The notes below the pieces were generated by a model. It saw only the letters and a program-made list of their open reading frames with translations. It was not told the origin of the DNA and did not search any database. A stretch of 14,931 nt of DNA from Octopus sinensis. Lineage: Eukaryota. The stretch's first letter is position 1, and the number at the start of each line of letters is the position of its first letter. Made by a program: the position numbers and the translations under genes. Shown here in pieces: positions 9,074-14,931 of the stretch. The stretch spans positions 1 to 14,931 of the forward strand of contig NW_021825594.1 in assembly GCF_006345805.1 (NCBI RefSeq), written 5' to 3'.

Positions 9074-9930
9074 ATATATATATATTATATATGCATATAT
9101 ATATCTATATACATACCTATATATGTGTATAATTTATGTGTGTGTATATAGTACGTGTGTGTGTGTGCCAGTGTATGTGTTGTTGTATGTGTGAGTAAGC
9201 TGGTATGCTTGTGTGTAGGTGCGGCACATACATCTCCACAACTGTGTCTTCCTGTATATTGGGGTTTACAGATTCGGGATCACGACTACAAGCGTGGCCA
9301 TATTCAATAAATACACAGATTCCGTATTGTTCAACAGGCACGTGTAGATGCACACACACATTCACTCTCTCTCTCACACACACACGTACATAACAATATA
9401 AGCATATACATATGCGGGTGTCCGTGTTTAATATATAAATACACATATGCACATATTACGTAAATTATACATACATATGCGTGTGGGAATATATATATGC
9501 GTATATAAACACACAATAGTACACACACATATAATATATATATGTATACATATATATATATATATATACATATATATATGCGTATATATGTACACTATAG
9601 TACTTATATATATATACACATATGCTTATTTGCACACATAATTCTACATATTTACACAGACAAACACACACACATATATGTATATAAAAGAGCGCATGTG
9701 TAAGCACATACACACACACACACACACATATATATATGCATGCATGCGTGTGTTTATGCATGTATGTACGCATGTGTATGTAGATATACATGCGTGCGTG
9801 TATGCGTTCATATATATATATATGCATGTATGTATGCATGTATGAATGTGTATATGTGCGTGTATGGATGTATATATGCATGTGTATATATATGTATGTA
9901 TAGAAGTATGCCTGTATGTACGTATATGTA
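8886..9930. repeat. Compound alternating purine-pyrimidine microsatellite region (TA/CA/TG/CATA), with a unique island at about 9190-9345
   Basis: Directly visible. Confidence 0.9.
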
Positions 9931-10233
9931 AGACTTTGGTAAGAGAGTTCAAACAAGTTGACAGTTCAGTGACCCGATGTCAGAACGTGGGTTATTTCTG
10001 CAGCTCGCTGTCTTAGATTTCCTCAATTGAAGAGTGCAATACTCGTCCGCGTCCATTCTTCACTCGCTCACTTCACCGTTTCCTTTCTCTTTGCTATTGG
10101 ACATTCTTTAATAAGACACAACTTTCTCTTATTGGATACCGGGCTGTGAAAAAGGCAGTAAATATCCTCAGAGTTCTTGAGCAGGTACAAATTAACTTGC
10201 ACTGGGATTATGCCACACATTTATACATACATG

Positions 10234-10460
<227 letters not shown>

Positions 10461-10872
10461 ATATATTTTGCTAGTTTATTTTGTCTCTTTGTCTTCACTC
10501 CTGGTGGTGTATGAATATTTAATGTGGTTTTGGAGTCAAGTTTTGGCTGCTATTTCCAGTGTGGTGGTATCTCTTCGATACTCTAAATTATAATTTTAAT
10601 TTAAATCATTACTTTTGAAGGTTTTTATCGCCGTGTTGGCCACCTGATAAAATCGCTATTTAAATACCGATCTGACCCTTATTTATATAAATTTATATAT
10701 TTATTTCGTCATTATATTCGCTGCGGTGGTATTTTGACCATATCGCACGAGCAGTTTTTAGGCGGGCAATTTAAACTGGACGTGTGCATACGTGCATATA
10801 TATGTCTGTATACGTTCGTATATGTAAGTATATCGTATGTTGTATGTATATATATATATATATATATATATT

Positions 10873-11310
<438 letters not shown>

Positions 11311-11473
11311 TCCATACATATATGCCTATATATATACATACATACGTGTTTGTGTGTGAGAGTGAGTGAGTACGAAGCCCTCTTTAATTTCCTGCACTTT
11401 ACAAGGAATACTCTCTTTCTACTCATTACATTCCAGGTTTGAACTTGAAACTTTGAGATCAAATCAAGTGCAA

Positions 11474-11668
11474 GGCGGCGGCGCACTGGCAGAAGCGTTG
11501 ACCCGCCACATAAAATGCTCAGCATTTCATACATCTTTACGTTCTTAGTTCAAATCCCACTGGCGTCGATTTTGTCTTTCATCCTTTCGCGGTCGATAGA
11601 GTACTCACTAATTGACTACTGGGGGCGATGTAATCGACTTATCCCCTTTCCCCAAATTTCAAGCAGGC
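11474..11668 (+). mobile_element. tRNA-derived SINE, family B
   Basis: Head ggcggcggcgcactggcagaagcgttg, B-box GTTCAAATCCC at 11548-11558, and body tttcatcctttcgcggtcgata...gatgtaatcgactt...ccaaatttc. Colinear with 14074-14290. Confidence 0.88.
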
Positions 11669-12405
11669 ATTTTTTTGCATTAAGGGCGCTCTTTGGTGTG
11701 GGCTGAACTTATGTAATTGGCAGAAAATGTCGTAGCTGTTTGGTAACGGTGTATTTTCCGCTGTGGACTGATGGCGAATGGACTGAAAAATCGAAAACTG
11801 GTCGACCAAACGCTACACATCAGGAAGTAACCTCCAGGATATCCGTACACCGACGAGTTTGTGGTTCCGTTGGATATACAGTGATTATATGATGTCGTGT
11901 TAAATATGCAAATTAATTATGATCCCAGCAATGAGATCTTCAACAACTGGTTGATGATGTGTAAGATGGAACCCAAAACAAGTCATAAAATGACTTTCAG
12001 CAAAATTGTTTTGAAATCTGTTGCCAACCACTTCTGGATCTCCATGGTAACGTAGAGGACAAGTGTTCTGGAATGTTCTTCATTACTTATAGATCTGAGA
12101 TACAGCGGTACAAGCAGAAGATGAAAGGGTTCTCGAGATTCTGTTTCACTCAGAACACTTGACTTGTGGCTAATATACACATACAAAGACACACGGACAA
12201 GCCACGCACACACAGACACACGGAGACACAATATAAACACACATATACAAGTGTGTGTGTGTGTGCGTCTGTGTGTGTGTGTGTGTGAGAGAGAGAGAGT
12301 GTGTGAAACAGATATACAAATGAGAGAGAGACATATCGAGATAAAAAGAGTCAGACCATTGTGTCTATGTCTGAAAGAAAGCACTAAAGATACAAAGATC
12401 GATAG

Positions 12406-12409
<4 letters not shown>

Positions 12410-12443
<34 letters not shown>

Positions 12444-12489
12444 AGGAGAGAGAGAGACAAAGAAAGAAAGAGAGAGAGAGAGCGAGAGA
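12410..12489. repeat. (GA)n-rich microsatellite
   Basis: Directly visible. Confidence 0.95.
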
Positions 12490-13084
12490 AAGTTGTTTAC
12501 TTGTTTATATGTGGAACTTGGAATGGTTGACATAAGAAACACTGAAGAAGATAAGATTACCAGAATAATGGAGGCGGGCCATAATGAGATGAAAAAGGTA
12601 GCAGAAGAATGGGATTAAAAAGCGAACGGTGGCGAAACAAAACGAAATAAAGGAGATACGAATAATGTTATCACAGAATAATGGAATCATGGCATAAAGA
12701 TGGCATTAGAATAATAGAATACGATACATAAGAATTATGCAATAAAAGGCATCGAAGATACGAAATGGAATAAAAGTCTGGAGATTAACAATAATGGTGT
12801 AATAAGAGCAATGGAATTAAAGACAATTCTAATACAGATGGGGGTCTCAGAGATAACAAAGGACGTTCTATAGAAGATAACCTCCAGATTCTTTGGGTCT
12901 TTAGATTTATTTCTATCTCCTTCAAAGAATTTCTGCTTCTTTCTGGTGATCTTGGAACAAATGCTTCTTCAAATGGTCTTTAGGTTGTTTTTGGTAAACA
13001 GGACTTCAATGGAAACACGATAACAAATTGGTGGCACGATTTCTACTCTCTCTCCCTGATGCTCTGTGATTGGCTTTCCTTCTG

Positions 13085-13103
13085 TCCTTCTTTCTTTCTT
13101 TCT

Positions 13104-13143
<40 letters not shown>

Positions 13144-13200
13144 ACTATCTATCTATCTACCTATACCCCTTCTCTCTCTCTCTCTATATATATATATATA
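13085..13200. repeat. (TTTC)n, (CT)n and (TA)n compound microsatellite
   Basis: Directly visible. Confidence 0.93.
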
Positions 13201-13816
13201 AATATATGCGCACACACAAACATAATATAAATATATAATACACACATACATATGTAAGTATATGTGAGACACACACACAAACATATATCTACATATGTAC
13301 TTACATATATACATACATACATGTGTATTAATATTATAATATATATACTTATATATGTACATATGTATACAGATATTGTTTCTATGTTCTTCCATGTATC
13401 TAAGAAACTAACTATACAATATATATATATATATTTATGTACATGTGTGGTGTGTGTGCGGCGCGCGTATTGCGTGCATATCTAACTTATATTCTACAGT
13501 CAATCTGCTTTTTCCCTTGTAGATTATAGTTTCAAAACACACACACTCACATATATAAGCGTCACATACAAAATAACACATAAACACAGTCACACACTTT
13601 TATCGACACCCAGATGTAAATCTCTCGCTCGCTCTCTCTCTCTCTATCTCTCTGTCCCCGCTCTCTCTCTCCTTCTCTCTCTGTGAAGTATTCCTCTCTG
13701 GCTTCATTTCTGTCCGTCTGCCTGTCTGCTTCTCTTTCTATATGATTCTCTGCATTACGGTTTCAATCTCCCCTACTTTGTCTTTCTGATTTTTTTGTCT
13801 GTCTGGTTCTATATAT

Positions 13817-13817
<1 letters not shown>

Positions 13818-13899
<82 letters not shown>

Positions 13900-13902
13900 A
13901 CA
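13818..13902. repeat. (CA)n microsatellite
   Basis: Directly visible. Confidence 0.97.
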
Positions 13903-14073
13903 TTTACTTATTCTTCCCAGAATCCCATACAATCTCGTGTAGCCTCGCGTATTCTCAACCACGAGGTTCACGAGTACTATCATTTCCATGTGGCAGGTTT
14001 GCAAATTGCTGGGAGATTTCTGTTGTTATCAAACGATTGGTAGCCTCGTTAATTCAAGAATAGGATTATTTCT

Positions 14074-14290
14074 CGGTGAGCTGACATGATCGTTAGCATG
14101 CTGGGCGAAAAGCTTAGCGGTGTTTTGTCTAACGATGTGTTCTGCGTTCAAATACTGCCGAGGTCGAATTCGCATTTCACCTTTTCGGTGTCGAAAAATT
14201 AAGTACCAAGTGAAACACTGGTATCGAACTAATCCACTGGCCCCTTCCTACCAAATTCCAGGCCATGTGTTTATAATAGAAAGGATATTA
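14074..14290 (+). mobile_element. tRNA-derived SINE, family B
   Basis: cggtgagctgacatgatcgttagcatg head, gaaaagcttagcggt, B-box-like GTTCAAATAC at 14146-14155, and cgaggtcga...ccttttcggtgtcgaaaaattaagtacc. Homologous to 11474-11668. Confidence 0.88.
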
Positions 14291-14728
14291 ACAGGACAAA
14301 TTTATTTCTCTCAAGATTGGAACGAAACTTATGTGGGTCGCATCAGTGATCTCGTCACCAATTTGACGAATCCCGGCGAAACAAACAGCCACACTTTTTA
14401 TATTCTCAACAAAGCCAGTAGCTGTATTGAACTGGAGCAACAGTTCCACATACAGCAAGTGTCCAATATTTACACTTACATAATTTATTGCTAATCTGTA
14501 TTTGAGGCGACAAGAGTATTGTCGATAAATTTCACTCAGAATATGTATTGAGTCCTACCATTAGTAATGTCACCTTGTTTTTCCTGCAACATAATAAAGA
14601 ATACCAAGTAATAGACTTTCACAGAAGCTCAGACGCACACACCGCAATAACTTTGTGTGATGTATTTGTACGAGTAGGCATATAACTAAAACAGCTTTTA
14701 ATAACTTACTACAGAACCTATAAGTGAA

Positions 14729-14763
14729 CAGACAGACAGACACACACACACACACACACAACA

Positions 14764-14800
<37 letters not shown>
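14729..14800. repeat. (CAGA)n/(CA)n microsatellite
   Basis: Directly visible. Confidence 0.95.
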
Positions 14801-14801
<1 letters not shown>

Positions 14802-14931
14802 GTAAAGTGTTTGTTGTGTACAAAAAGGTGTGGGATTATTGAAAAACAAACAATGTTTGCATTGCTCGTGGGTAACATGAACAACAGAAACCTCCGTTTT
14901 AATGGCTATATAAACATAAATACCAATACAT

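Noticed and set aside
9950-10210. Possible CR1/L2-type LINE 3' remnant (-) or 56-codon exon (+)
   Set aside because: The similarity is too fragmentary to support either call without a search.
11700-12160. Unique segment with several 40-60 codon open frames and faint RTE-like GRP/NH..IS motifs
   Set aside because: No consistent colinear motif series or recognisable protein; it needs BLASTX.
12542-12548. CTGAAGA (also CTGAGGA on the minus strand near 10165) as further hammerhead cores
   Set aside because: No correctly spaced GAAA, stem III or stem I pairing.
14120-14494. 124-aa ORF
   Set aside because: The first half is SINE B; the remainder has no recognisable domain.

Overview
AT-rich, non-coding animal DNA (intronic or intergenic) saturated with microsatellites. 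The tRNA-derived SINE families resemble those I recall from Octopus genomes, so the source is most likely an octopus (inference, not database-verified). No intact protein-coding gene is supported: nearly all supplied ORFs are translations of simple repeats or SINEs. Recognisable content: about nine copies or fragments of four tRNA-derived SINE families; a heavily decayed RTE-clade LINE reverse-transcriptase fossil (about 7490-8869, +) ending in (GAT)9; a BovB/RTE 5'UTR-like remnant; and a two-block local duplication whose spacer differs by about 1.05 kb. The most interesting signal is a minimal type I hammerhead ribozyme motif at 1195-1246 (+). It has a full catalytic core, a GUA cleavage triplet, a GCAA-capped stem II and a palindromic stem III, which is the architecture of Penelope-like/retrozyme hammerheads, although its 10.1-11.1 pair is mismatched. 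There are also two apparent template-switch scars inside SINEs.
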